In this document: in pieces, positions 36,420-47,700 of the stretch | Layout: the number at the start of each line of letters is the position of its first letter | Position numbering within the stretch: the first letter of the stretch is position 1 | Assembly: GCA_002633005.1 (NCBI GenBank) | Contig: NMRA01000194.1 | Span: forward strand, 62,001 to 126,000 | DNA: 64,000 bases | Direction: 5' to 3' | Origin: Phoronis australis | Taxonomy: Eukaryota; Animalia; Phoronida | The notes under the pieces: model-generated | Database searches by the model: none | What the model was told of the DNA's origin: nothing | What the model saw: only the letters and a program-made list of their open reading frames with translations | Translations under genes and position numbers: made by a program

Positions 36420-39325
36420 TTTTAAGTGATACATATTTATTGAAGGATACAGAGAACATACAAAGAAATAAGAACAAACCCAGAAACCGCGAAGCATTAT
36501 ATCTGGGTTGTAAACAATTCATAAAAGAAACTTATATACATAGAGGTATATACAATTAAGTAGTATCTAAAATAAGTATTCCAATACTTAGATATGCTAT
36601 TACAGATATATCAAAACAAAAATATGTACAGATTCATGTAGGAAAATCAGATGCAACAATATTGATAAACGGTACATAAAAATTTGCTAACGTTGCTTAG
36701 GAGGAATTCGTTGAGAACGAAGTCAAGGTTAGGACTACCATTCAGTAATAATGAAACTCTAGTAGGGATATTATTACAAGAATTGTGAGCGTTAACAATT
36801 GATTGGTTATCATTGAGTGCACGAAAGAGTTAGTCTCTCAGGTATTCGATGATGGGACTTTTGAAGAAAATATGAGGACAAGATTGATGGTCACCACATT
36901 TACAGTTTGGAGAGACATTACTAAAGTTGTGCCTGAACTTGTCAGAGTTGAGGAAAAGGCCACATCTTGATCTGTACAATGCTATTTCGTTATCGCGGGT
37001 AAGGGAGAATTGAGTCAAGGGTGTTGAGTTATCAAAATTATGAAAAACAGTTCTAAAATTATTTTTTATACTCGTAAAAGAGTTGCTTTCCTTAACAGAG
37101 ACTGGAAGAGAATTCCAGTTGTTGATGCACATCATGACTGTAGACCTTCTGAATGCCTGACTGAACGACGGAGGAATTGCATATGGGGTGGAGAATCTCA
37201 AATCACTACGATGGCCTTGTCTAATATATAGATCAAATATTTTTTTGACAGACACGTTGTTGACATTGTTTATTACCTTGAAAGTAAATGTGGTCATGTG
37301 AAGATTGCGTCGAGTAGACAGTTTGGGCCACTTGAGACTATTCAAAACCTTAACACTATTGGATCCCCTGTAAGCTCCGGTTATGAGTAAGGCGGCTTGA
37401 TATTGTAACTTCTCCAAATGTTGGAGTGCACCCGTATTGGCAGACTGATATATAATATCACAATAATAAATGTGTGCAAGTACAAAGGATTTGAACAAAA
37501 CTTCTAAATGTGTAGAATTCAGATGACGAGAGACAAGCTTAAGTGGGTTAATTAGTTCCTGAGTTTTTTGTACGAGCTCCCGAACGTGAGGGGTGAATGA
37601 GAGTTTTTCATCTAACATTATACCCAGATGTCTGTGCGACTGTTTTCTAGGAATGATTTCATCATTAGGTTTAAGGTTATAAGACGGGTAAACAAGGAAG
37701 AGAGCATTAATAGATTTGGAAAAGGTGAGGTCAACGCTTTTTTCTGGTTTAGAATTCATTTTCAATTTTTGTGACCGATAGCTTAGTTTATTTAAGTCGT
37801 GTTGAAGCTGCAAAGAACATTCAGGGCTGCTCCCTGCGAAGGGGTAAAAAAGCGCCGTGTCATCTGCATAAAGGTATGTGCTACATGACAGGTTATCAGG
37901 AAGGTCATTAATATAAACCAAGAAGAGAAGAGGGCACAATACGCTACCCTGCGGTACACCTGCGTTTACAAATCCAGGAGGGGATAACGTTGAAAGTACG
38001 CCGTCGACACGAACACTGTATGTTCTTTCGGAGAGATATAAGGTGATCATGTTTAAAAGATTACCAGTAATGCCATAGGATCGAAGTTTGTGAAGTAGAA
38101 GGTCGTGAGGGACACAGTTGGAAGCAGAAGCTATATCTAGAAAAATGGACCTGACACTCTCGACTTTCTCAAAATGTAAATGAATCTCATATGTACTGTT
38201 TCAACAAGTTGTGCCACGGTGCTGTTCCCACGCAAAAAATTGACTATGATAGATCAAGTAGTTTTGTTTGAGAAATGTAAGAATACTTTGAGCAGTGATC
38301 TTCTCGAAGATTTTGGACAGGGTGTTAAGTAAAGTTATTGGGCGATAATTTGAAATTTCAGTTTTGGAGCCTTTTTGTGTATAGGGACCATAATTCCATG
38401 TTTCCAAGAAGACGGATAAATGCCTAGCTGAAGTAGTTTGTTAAACAGATTGGTCAGGGGCATGGTAATTTCGTTGGCAATCATTTTGATCATCTTGCTG
38501 GTTATTAAAGCTGTGCCATCATTCTTAATGGGGTCAATTTCATTGAGATACTTCCGGACATCAGTTTTATTAACCGGGATGTCAGACAGTTGATTGAGAC
38601 AACGTTCACGAAGAAAGCGAAAGTTACTTACTTCAGTTGGTGTAATGTGGCTTTTGTTCGTGAAACATTTGAGAAACAAATCACACTTGTCACTACTACT
38701 TGAGGCTAGGTTACCATTATAGTTGATGACAGGATAGGAGGATTGCTGTTGACTGCCGCGTATTTTATAGATGATGTTCCAGTATTCTTTGGAATTCTTG
38801 CTTGCGCTGTTAATTTGTTGAAAAAGCTTGTGTCGGTGATCAGCTTTACTAAAGTTTCAACCAGACGTGACTGTTCCTTGTATCTGTTGTAGATTATTAA
38901 AGAGCTGTAAAGTCAGTTTCTTGTGCGGATTGCCCGTTTAACATTATTGTTGAACCACTGTTGGCTGTTGTGTTTAATTATCTTTTCAGTTGATGGGATG
39001 TTGTTTTTCAAGATTTCATAGAGAGTACTAGTGAAGAGTGAAACATTGTAATCAATATGGAATCCCAGTCAGTGTTGGTGATATCCTGACGCAGTTTATC
39101 GGTGTCGACCTGATTATATTTCCAATCGGTTCGAGTGGTGTGTTGTTCTTTAACCGGTTTTTTAAGTGTTAGAGTGGTTTCGGTTGTGTGGTGATCAGAA
39201 TTGCCAAGAGGAGGTAGTACAGAACAAGAGTCAATGATACTCAAATTGTTTGTTATACAGAGGTCAATACATGAATGAGAAATGTCGGTGATACGGGTTG
39301 GCTCATTAATTAGGTTTATACCACA
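36420..39325 (-). mobile_element. CR1/L2-group LINE ORF2 (endonuclease C-terminus + RT), decayed and 5'-truncated
   Basis: Motifs DLCITN..PPLGNSDH (APE), SNYRPITLL, GVPQGSVL, LYADDTAL, HRHLG and CKCG..HIFF. The 3' UTR has the hairpin AACCCAGA...TCTGGGTT and AATAAA near 36440. Confidence 0.9.
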
Positions 39326-39393
39326 ATATTAGCGTCAAATGGCAGATACAACCCTGAACCCATAAAGTTATCTCACTAGTGAGATAACGATTT

Positions 39394-39470
39394 GGCGGGA
39401 AACCGAGGACGGGGTCGAACCCGGGACCCTAATATTGCTGGTCGCCGACTTTACCACTACACCACGCAGC
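39394..39470 (-). repeat. tRNA-derived SINE head / tRNA-like pseudogene
   Basis: Minus strand has A box TGGTGTAGTGG and B box GGGTTCGACCC, but the acceptor stem does not pair. A perfect 22-bp palindrome GTTATCTCACTAGTGAGATAAC is adjacent (39367-39388). Confidence 0.6.
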
Positions 39471-39776
39471 GACTGACGTCATCAAGTGTGAAAATAGAAT
39501 ACTTAAATTATAATCGCACGTTCAACAAACCGCAATGTACCGTACTTATACTCTACGAAAAATAAAACACATAATTTCCATAAAAATGATATCATAATTC
39601 GGTGAAATTTTTCTCTCATGTCCTCTTACTTGTAAATCACCGATCTCTAGTTTGAATGCGGGTATCGTGTCGTAAGGATCTTTGACTTGAGAATTATATT
39701 CAGTTACCAGTGGTAACCTACTTTAGCAGACGATAATTTCCCGGTCGAAGCTTAGCGAGAAAAAAACGTGTTTTAA

Positions 39777-40707
39777 AGTGTACACAACATGACTCTAGTA
39801 CCTCAAAGTAAATTTTATTATTATATCTTACTTGATTTCTGAGCCTTAAGTGCACAGCTCATAAAGAAACACGCAAAAATTGAAAAAAATAATAATTATG
39901 TACAACGTCATGCGTTGAACCCAAGTCGTTCGCCATACAGTTCAGATCAGCGACAAAGTGTACAGAGTGAAATGAAAGCAAAGTATATTTAGCGTATAGA
40001 GGGATGAAAAGATGTGTTTGCGCAGGCTGCAGCAACAGCAGCCAGACGGAGAACATTTTGGTGTTCTGAAGTACGCCAAAGTTGCGCAGAAGTGGCATCG
40101 CTTCGTGCGCCGAACGAGAGTGTGGGACCTCAGCGTGGACCAAGCGATTCGGTCCGGGGCTGCTCTGAGGACTCGTGTTTCGACTCCAGTCAGAGGAGAC
40201 GTTACGATGACGGCCTGGACAATACCGGTATTTACCATTCAGAAACATCAGCTCTTTATTCAGGATCGTCCGTTGGATGACTGGGTTGACTGGCCGAGCC
40301 CGAGACCGCTTCTCTCGCGGGAGGATCCCGTTTGTAAGGCCTCAAAGTAGAAAAGTACGCAGCCGGAAGCACATCAAACTCGTTCTCGCTTTCGTTCAAC
40401 CCCATTTCCTCATCCTGGCCACCATTCCCATACGTTTCTTCATAGTATTCGTTCAATTCTTGCTCATAATCGTCGTCGCTTTCAAATTCCCTACTCTCCG
40501 CCTTGTTCAATGCTAGTCACTGATCTCTTTTGTTCAACCCATGACGTCACGTGGCGGGAAATGTGAAAATTGGCAAAATTGAAAGAAAAATCAAAATTTC
40601 GAGCTGATTACACAAAATAAACATGGATTTAGCTAAATTTTACGTCATACATTTAGTGTGTGGCCACCGATAATTCAGAATGTAGAAAAATCCATGGTGT
40701 GTACTGT
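39777..40707 (+). mobile_element. Second internally deleted Kolobok-like element (different family)
   Basis: TTAA on both sides, imperfect TIR AGTGTACACAACATG / CATGGTGTGTACTGT, and an inverted subterminal motif ACGTCATG.GTTGAAC. Plus strand carries a THAP relic MKRCVCAGCSN...QKWHRFVRRTR (~40004-40270). Minus strand carries acidic ORF 40256-40510 with RPYKRDPP (KolX-like N-terminus). Confidence 0.7.
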
Positions 40708-40938
40708 TTAAGCTATAATAGTTGGTAAACCTTACTTTATAAATTCAATTTATTTCTATAATATTTAAGTTTTCAATTGGTTTTGAGTAAAAGCATTATT
40801 TGACAAAAATAGCCTGGCTTTTCTTAAAAGGTCACCACCTCCGACCCCGGGCCTCTGACATAGAAAGTAGTTACAAAGCCGTGGAGAGTCAGAAAAGGTA
40901 AATCGATTCATTGCAATGTTTCTCGTTTAGTATGTGGT

Positions 40939-41200
40939 NNNNNNNNNNNNNNNNNNNNNNNNNNNNNNNNNNNNNNNNNNNNNNNNNNNNNNNNNNNNNN
41001 NNNNNNNNNNNNNNNNNNNNNNNNNNNNNNNNNNNNNNNNNNNNNNNNNNNNNNNNNNNNNNNNNNNNNNNNNNNNNNNNNNNNNNNNNNNNNNNNNNNN
41101 NNNNNNNNNNNNNNNNNNNNNNNNNNNNNNNNNNNNNNNNNNNNNNNNNNNNNNNNNNNNNNNNNNNNNNNNNNNNNNNNNNNNNNNNNNNNNNNNNNNN
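40939..41200. other. Assembly gap (N run)
   Basis: Run of n. Confidence 1.
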
Positions 41201-41224
41201 CCAAAAATAATTTCTATTTCGTTT

Positions 41225-42639
41225 TCATTGTACACAACCATAAAAAACCGACATTATTACAAATTGTGTAGAATTATAACTTATTATTGTTTCTCCAGGA
41301 ACGTTGGTCCTATCTTTCTGTTGTCTAGACTGTCGAGGAATCTGTACATCGGATCCAATGGTTTGCTCCTCTTGGAACCATTCTACCCAGACATCTTCGA
41401 CGTTTGTTCCCAACACTTGCACTTCGTCAACTGCTGTGTCAATGAGCTTGTACGCCTCTACAATGTCAGCATCTCGTTTCACAGCTCAGTTGGCACTAAG
41501 CCCCCTGAGGTTACCAAGTCCATTCAAAAGACTTACAGCATGCGCAACTAAATTTGATCCATTCATCATGGACTACTTCACGCCTTGACGATGTATCCCA
41601 CGACCCATTTGCATCTCTTGCAATTTTCGAAATAAACGTCCCAATGTCTCAACGCTTGAAACCCGAAGTACTAACATCAAATAAATGCCCGTGGGCATGG
41701 GTGTTTGGTCGGGTGGGCCTTTCTGCGGAAATTCCCAGTATAGAACATGGCAGTGGTGCTTATTGCAGATAGAAAGACGGTAGGTGTTGAGGTCGGCACT
41801 AGGGATCCTTAGGAGGCCTATTGAACATCGCACGAGTCCTGCAAGACTTTGTTGCGAAAATACAGCCTCCCGCAATTTCTGGTACTGTACACTGTTAGCG
41901 AATGCGGTCACTTTGTCGACGTGAATGCCCCCTTGGTCATTCCAGCTGTATAGACATAACTTGTTAGAGTGCATCTTCAAACAGACTCGAGACCATACCA
42001 CGGCGCCTGCCACAATAGCAATTCTTCGGAAAACAAGTTTTTTTCTCAAAAGTATTACATGTACATGTACACCGTATGATATTGCGCAAGACAACGTTTC
42101 TATACACCATTCAAATTCGAGTTACAAATGTATGGGCTGTAATAGGATGACACGGCATGACAGATGAAGTAAAAGGGTTGCACGTCAATTCGCCTGAATA
42201 TCAGGGTTGCGGCACCACAGTATTTCCCCTAATCAAATCAAAACATATCTTAGAGTAATGAAACTAGTTACCTAAAAAAATCAGCTATAGGGCTGCTCTT
42301 TCAGAGGTGGATCCATCTAAAATGCTTGGCTACTTCAGAAGTGTCGACTGAAGCGCGCGCACAATTGATCTCCGGGGTTTTGCCGATGAGCCACGAAAAC
42401 TCGCAATGCGTTGATTTTCGTAACAGCAATTCACAATGCAAAAAATATATTTTCAGAGTGAATCCCCGCACTCATTTTTTCCAAGTTGGTTTACTTGGGG
42501 TTTACACACGCTGACGGTGCCGTTTTTGTTTTGCTTGAGACGTTTTTGGTTTTTTTTTTTGGTTTTTTTAATTTTTGGGTCCTGGCCCGAGGGGGGGTTT
42601 AAACCCCCTGAACTCCCCCCCCCCGTAGATCCGCCACTG
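41225..42639 (-). mobile_element. hAT transposon relic, minus strand
   Basis: The terminus at 42639 reads CAGTGGCGGATCTACGGGGG on the minus strand. Transposase fragment RDADIVEAYKLID...IPRQSRQQKDRTNVPGET lies at 41225-41500. Confidence 0.7.
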
Positions 42640-44294
42640 CTGAGAGCTAAGGTCTTTACGGGAAATTGCGACCTAATATCGATGTGTGTGTTTTACTGAA
42701 TCTTCTGCACGCAGCGTTCAACTCCGTCGCCGCCGGTCGTAACGTAACTAATCTGCTTTATGCACGACAGTCCTTACCTCAACTAAGTTCTGCAAATCGG
42801 CACTATTTCCACCCTTATTTTCCAATGCTGTGAACAGCACGATGAAATGTGTCTATTACTATTTACAGTCCAGAAGCTAAGACACGAAAATAGACCAAGA
42901 ACATTAAGAGATTCATCGAAGCTAAAACGACACACTCCTGCACAACTGTTCAAGGAATGTTTCAACTTTTATGTTCTCGGTTGGATTGTTTCCAGGTTTC
43001 CGACAAACTTTTGAAATTATTGAATGCTTCAGTGCTTTAACTTGTATATTTCGCAAACTGAAAATTCTAATCAATTTAATATGAAATAAAATTTTACTGC
43101 TTATTCAAAACTTTCACAGATGACTTGTAGCTTAACCGGCTTGAATACCGTACTTGGTATGCATATGATGTCATATAACAACAAGCCCGAACACACGGCA
43201 ACAAGGTTTTGCGGCGATGATGCAAATAAGTTCAGATATAAAAATGGGATAAGTAGGTTATCCTACATACATAAAAATACTGTTGCGATATCCTATATAT
43301 AATTTATTTCATCTGGGAATATCCCAAATGAAATGAATTCTTGAAAGGATATGGCAATAGTATTCCTAAGTACGTGGGATAATCTATATAGACACTTCCC
43401 AAATACATTTCTGAGGGCCTTACATTTTTGTGCTGGTTATGCAGTTTTCAAATTTTAGCGTATTTTATGCGACAATGTCGCAGGCGCCCCTTGTGCACAG
43501 CATGAACTCCGGCCAATGTGCACCTGTTTAGCAACAGATGTCGTGTACGCCGAGGCCGTGAAAGGGACTATAATAATAAAACTAGAAAATGGGTTCCCTT
43601 AAATTTTGGGTACACCAGCGCCACCTGTCGTTGTTGTCGTTTCATATGTTGACCCTTTCTTCTCCCTCGGCAACATACGTTACCCATTGCATTTTCTTGT
43701 CCACGCGAGAAGAGACACACGAACCGCGCTAGACACGTTTCGCATTAATAGTGTTTTGGATTACTTTCATAAGTTTTACTTTCATAAGTTTTATGTAAAG
43801 ACTGAACATTCTTTAACTGGGTCAGTTATGTATATTTTAAACCAAACAGGCGGTTAATTAAGTGAAAAGTGTATTAATAAAAAAGTTCATCTCTAGCGCA
43901 CTACAAGAATCCTCAAGGCATTCACTCACCCTTATCCGCAGAAGTTATAATTTCGTTAAATTCCAAAGGTACTGTACTGTAATGAATGTCCAAAGGACCT
44001 GCATTAAAAGCTCAAAGATCCCTCGGTGACACCGTCTTCGAGCACCGTCCTTCGGGATAGAAATAGATGAATGCATGTTATCACAACACAGCCGAAAACC
44101 TTTGTTCTGGGCTTAGAGGCAAGACTTTGAGGTACCTCTTCTTATAGACTATTATCGTTCGCGTTTCCCTGTCGTTGTAACCCTAATTGCAGCTAAAGTG
44201 AGATTTACTGTCGTCGGCCCCCACGCGATACGTTTTAGAGAAGTGTTATGCATTAGTCCCGTTCGAATTCAAGCTTCAGTAAACCGGGCGCGCG

Positions 44295-44715
44295 CATGTC
44301 GTAGACCAGATTTTTGTCCGCCTATGTACGTGGACACCACAGACGTTTTTCCCTCTCGAAAGCTTCTCGCATGTGCGGTTTGATCACGTTTTCGAGACAA
44401 TTACTTGATATGGTCATGTACGTCGAGTGTGTGTCCATCTCGCAATATTCGAAATCGGCTATATCGGCAAACATTAGGATGAAGTCGTAGTAAAACTCTA
44501 ACATGCGCATCTTCGCGAACGTAAAATTGGTCTTCCTTTTCACCTCCAATTCATGGGTTCCATCCCCGATGTAGTTGACGTGTCTAAATTCAGGGAACAG
44601 GACCTCGCGTTGACCCCTGGTCTCTCCGCAGTACTTGACGCCACTATTCTTTTCTTGATTGGTTGCCGTCTTTCCATACGCACTAATAGTCCAGTCATTT
44701 TAGGGCTCCAGAGGG
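44295..44715 (-). pseudogene. Polinton/Maverick-type protein-primed family B DNA polymerase fragment
   Basis: Minus strand reads ISAYGKTATNQEK (PolB motif B, KxxxNSxYGK) and then AKMRMLEFYYDF...FEYCEMDTHSTY (motif C, MDTDS) ...LENVIKPHMR. Confidence 0.75.
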
Positions 44716-44780
44716 CCCAACCTAGAAAAAATTGCAATAGAAGGTTTTTTGCATAAAGGGCATCTTCAAACATCCGATGG

Positions 44781-47700
44781 TGCCAGAAAAAAGTCTACCG
44801 AAATCTGAGTGGCGGAAGTCGGTTTTTCAAGGTGGCGGAAAAATGGCCGCCAAAACCGGTGTTTACTGCTTCTGGCATGTTACTCATATGTAACACCTGG
44901 AAATAAAACAATAAAGTTTGTCATTGATTTTATACTTTTCGTAATACCTGTCACGGACAGGATCATTGGGGATATGCTGGTGCATTATTCCCCTCCCTAG
45001 ACCATCCCCGTGACAGCAGAAGGCGCAGAACTCCAGGGCTGAAGTTGCCTGTAAGCATTTGATTTGACAGCACTCGGGCACGGCTTTTCTTGTAACTCTT
45101 CGCAGCATGGCCATAAATAATACCGGCTGCGAGCAGTCGGCTGCCATCATCGAACTTAGCCAGTTGGGATGCAGTCTGCTCGAGGTTGCGTTTGCGGGCC
45201 AGCAGCTTAACGTCAGCCGAATATAAGTAGAGGGGTTGGTTGGTGGTGCATGAGCCAGCGAGGTAATCTGCACGCTCATTAATCAAGACACCGGCGTGGC
45301 CAGGTACGAAAGACCAGATCACTACATGATGAGAGTGGCGTGATCGGAAGACACCCCAGTTGGCTGGGAGGTTTCCAGATTGAACTTTCATCAACACTGC
45401 CATGGAATCGGTGGCAAAGATAATGGTGTGATTCTCCAAGTCTAGGAGACAGCTTTGTTAGGGCACGTTGTATAGCCTCAAATTCCATCAGCGTACTGCT
45501 TGTGTATACATGGTGGCAGCCACTACCTTCCGCAAGGACGTTGTTAGGACAGCGTATTTGATAACCCCATCCCGCACGATTAGTTTCACCATCGAAGGAT
45601 CCATCAGTTGCTACAATGATGGCATTAATACCGCCAAGATCACGCCATTGCTGACGGCACAATGCTTGGGCTACTCCAGGAGGCCATTCCCGAGCTTCCC
45701 TGTTGAAAGCAATGATGACATTCGGTTCCTCACCAAGTTCTTGTACTGGCAGCCAAGCAGCATCTTGTGCGATTATGTGTTCGCCGATGAGACCCATGGT
45801 TGCGTTAACAGCAGCGACAGTCCATGAGCACCTGCTAAGTCTTTGGTAGGAGGCATTGCGAAAAGGTCTAGGACGAAGTCCATAAGTTTCTGTTGCAGGG
45901 ACGGGGTTCACGCACCTGTCAACTGCAGTCTTCACTTGACTGTGTAACGGATGGAAGGGGCTTTGAACAGCCTTCGCTACAGTAATACCTTGTAGAAGAG
46001 ATTGTGTCTGCAATGCTGGTAACACCGACAAGGTAACGTAATGCTGTGACTGACGTAGATCTATACTTTTCGTAACAGGCATGCCAATCAAAAGATGCCA
46101 ATTTTCCGCGAAAGTAAACCAATACGGTCGACAAAATGGCGGCCGAAACGGCAATTTGGTACATGTTGTAAGATTTCTTTTTATATTTTGCTCTGAAATT
46201 GGTTACTGGTTGGAGAGAAAAAAATCAAGATGGCTGACAAAATGGCTGCCAAAATGACCGCCAATTCACAAAACCCCACTTTACCGCATTTACGTTCTGC
46301 AAACTTTGTTTGTAACCTGATAGGCATTTACACAAAAACATTTTACAATCTACAGTCAGGGTTAATGAGTTGATTGTTTCTATGATTTGTTTTTAAGATT
46401 AAGATACTAAATGTGGAATTTTGATCACATTTTAGATTACATAATATAAAAGTTGGTGTGTTTTTCAGAAAAGGCTTTATTTAAAGTTTCATGATAAATT
46501 TCACACACTCAATTATTTTTCTGTAAAATATATTCATTTGAGATATCAAAAATAATATTTGTTAGAAAAATATGAAATTCTAGTGGAGTTATTGGCTTAT
46601 TCATTACACGAACCCTGAATAACATTGGGCAGGAAGTGGCTTGGTCTGCTATTGGAGATATTATTAGATGTTACCAAGCTATGATTTCGTCTGCTGCTGG
46701 CATGTGTTGAGAATTTGGCTGCTGATTTCACCTGAATTTGATGAAAAGCAAATAAAATTGTGTAACAAAAAGTTAATAATTAAATTTTAACATTTAGTAC
46801 TCACAATTTGAACATAGGTAACTGATTTTAGAGGAAATTAGTGCCAGCAGACAAAACGATAGTGGTCTGCAGTCATTTGTTTGTAGCCAGATTTGGCAGA
46901 TTTCATACTGAGATGAGCTTTCTGGGATGTATTGCATACGTAATGTCAGGCACAGGGCTTCAAGATGTTCTTGAGACGGTGCATGAATCAAACATTATGA
47001 TCCTTATGTTGCATGGAAAAAGTTTGGATAGAACAGCGAGGGGGCATATGTTGGTAGGCTCAGCACTGAATGCTATCATAAAAGCCAGAGCATTCATCAT
47101 CGCACTTTCAAATATTGACAGATCAAGTAACGCCAATACAGAACCAAGGAAGAAAGAAGTTCCGGCTCTTCAGAGATTCCCGGAGTCCCGAATGTCACCA
47201 ACGCAGTACACACAGATTTCGCGCCAAGAGGTGGAGCAATTCAATGCTTGTACACAAATGTTCGCTCGTCAGAATATGGAGACAGACACTTCAGACATCC
47301 CAACTGATCACATAAGTAGATGTATACGCTGGGGCATGCAATCCACAGCCAGTGTCTTTCGATTCTGAAACCTGGATTACAATGGAATACCCTCGTGAGA
47401 TTTCACTTCTGGCTTCCGACCTACTGCCACTGGTATATTCAAACACGACTGAATCAGAGTATAGGTCTTCAGAATTCGCAGTCACAGAGAATAGTTCATC
47501 AGAAGAATAAGTGGCCAATGGTATACTTGATGATGATTTGAGAGGTGGTCTGAAGCTGTATGATGACCTCATTCCTGGCATGACGTCTATGTGCGGCGAT
47601 ATATGCTCGTCGGTGTGTCTTGTAGGTAGCACATAAATTAGACTTGTCCTTGTAAAATTGAATCATTAGTCTTTGGCTATATTATATGAAGATAGTTGAC

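Noticed and set aside
39394-39470. Functional tRNA gene
   Set aside because: A and B boxes are present but the acceptor and anticodon stems do not pair; treated as a SINE head/pseudogene.
29665-42639. One 13-kb hAT element that captured the GPCR
   Set aside because: Flanks (TAAAGTAC vs CTGAGAGC) form no TSD, and both termini are 5' ends of separate transposase relics.
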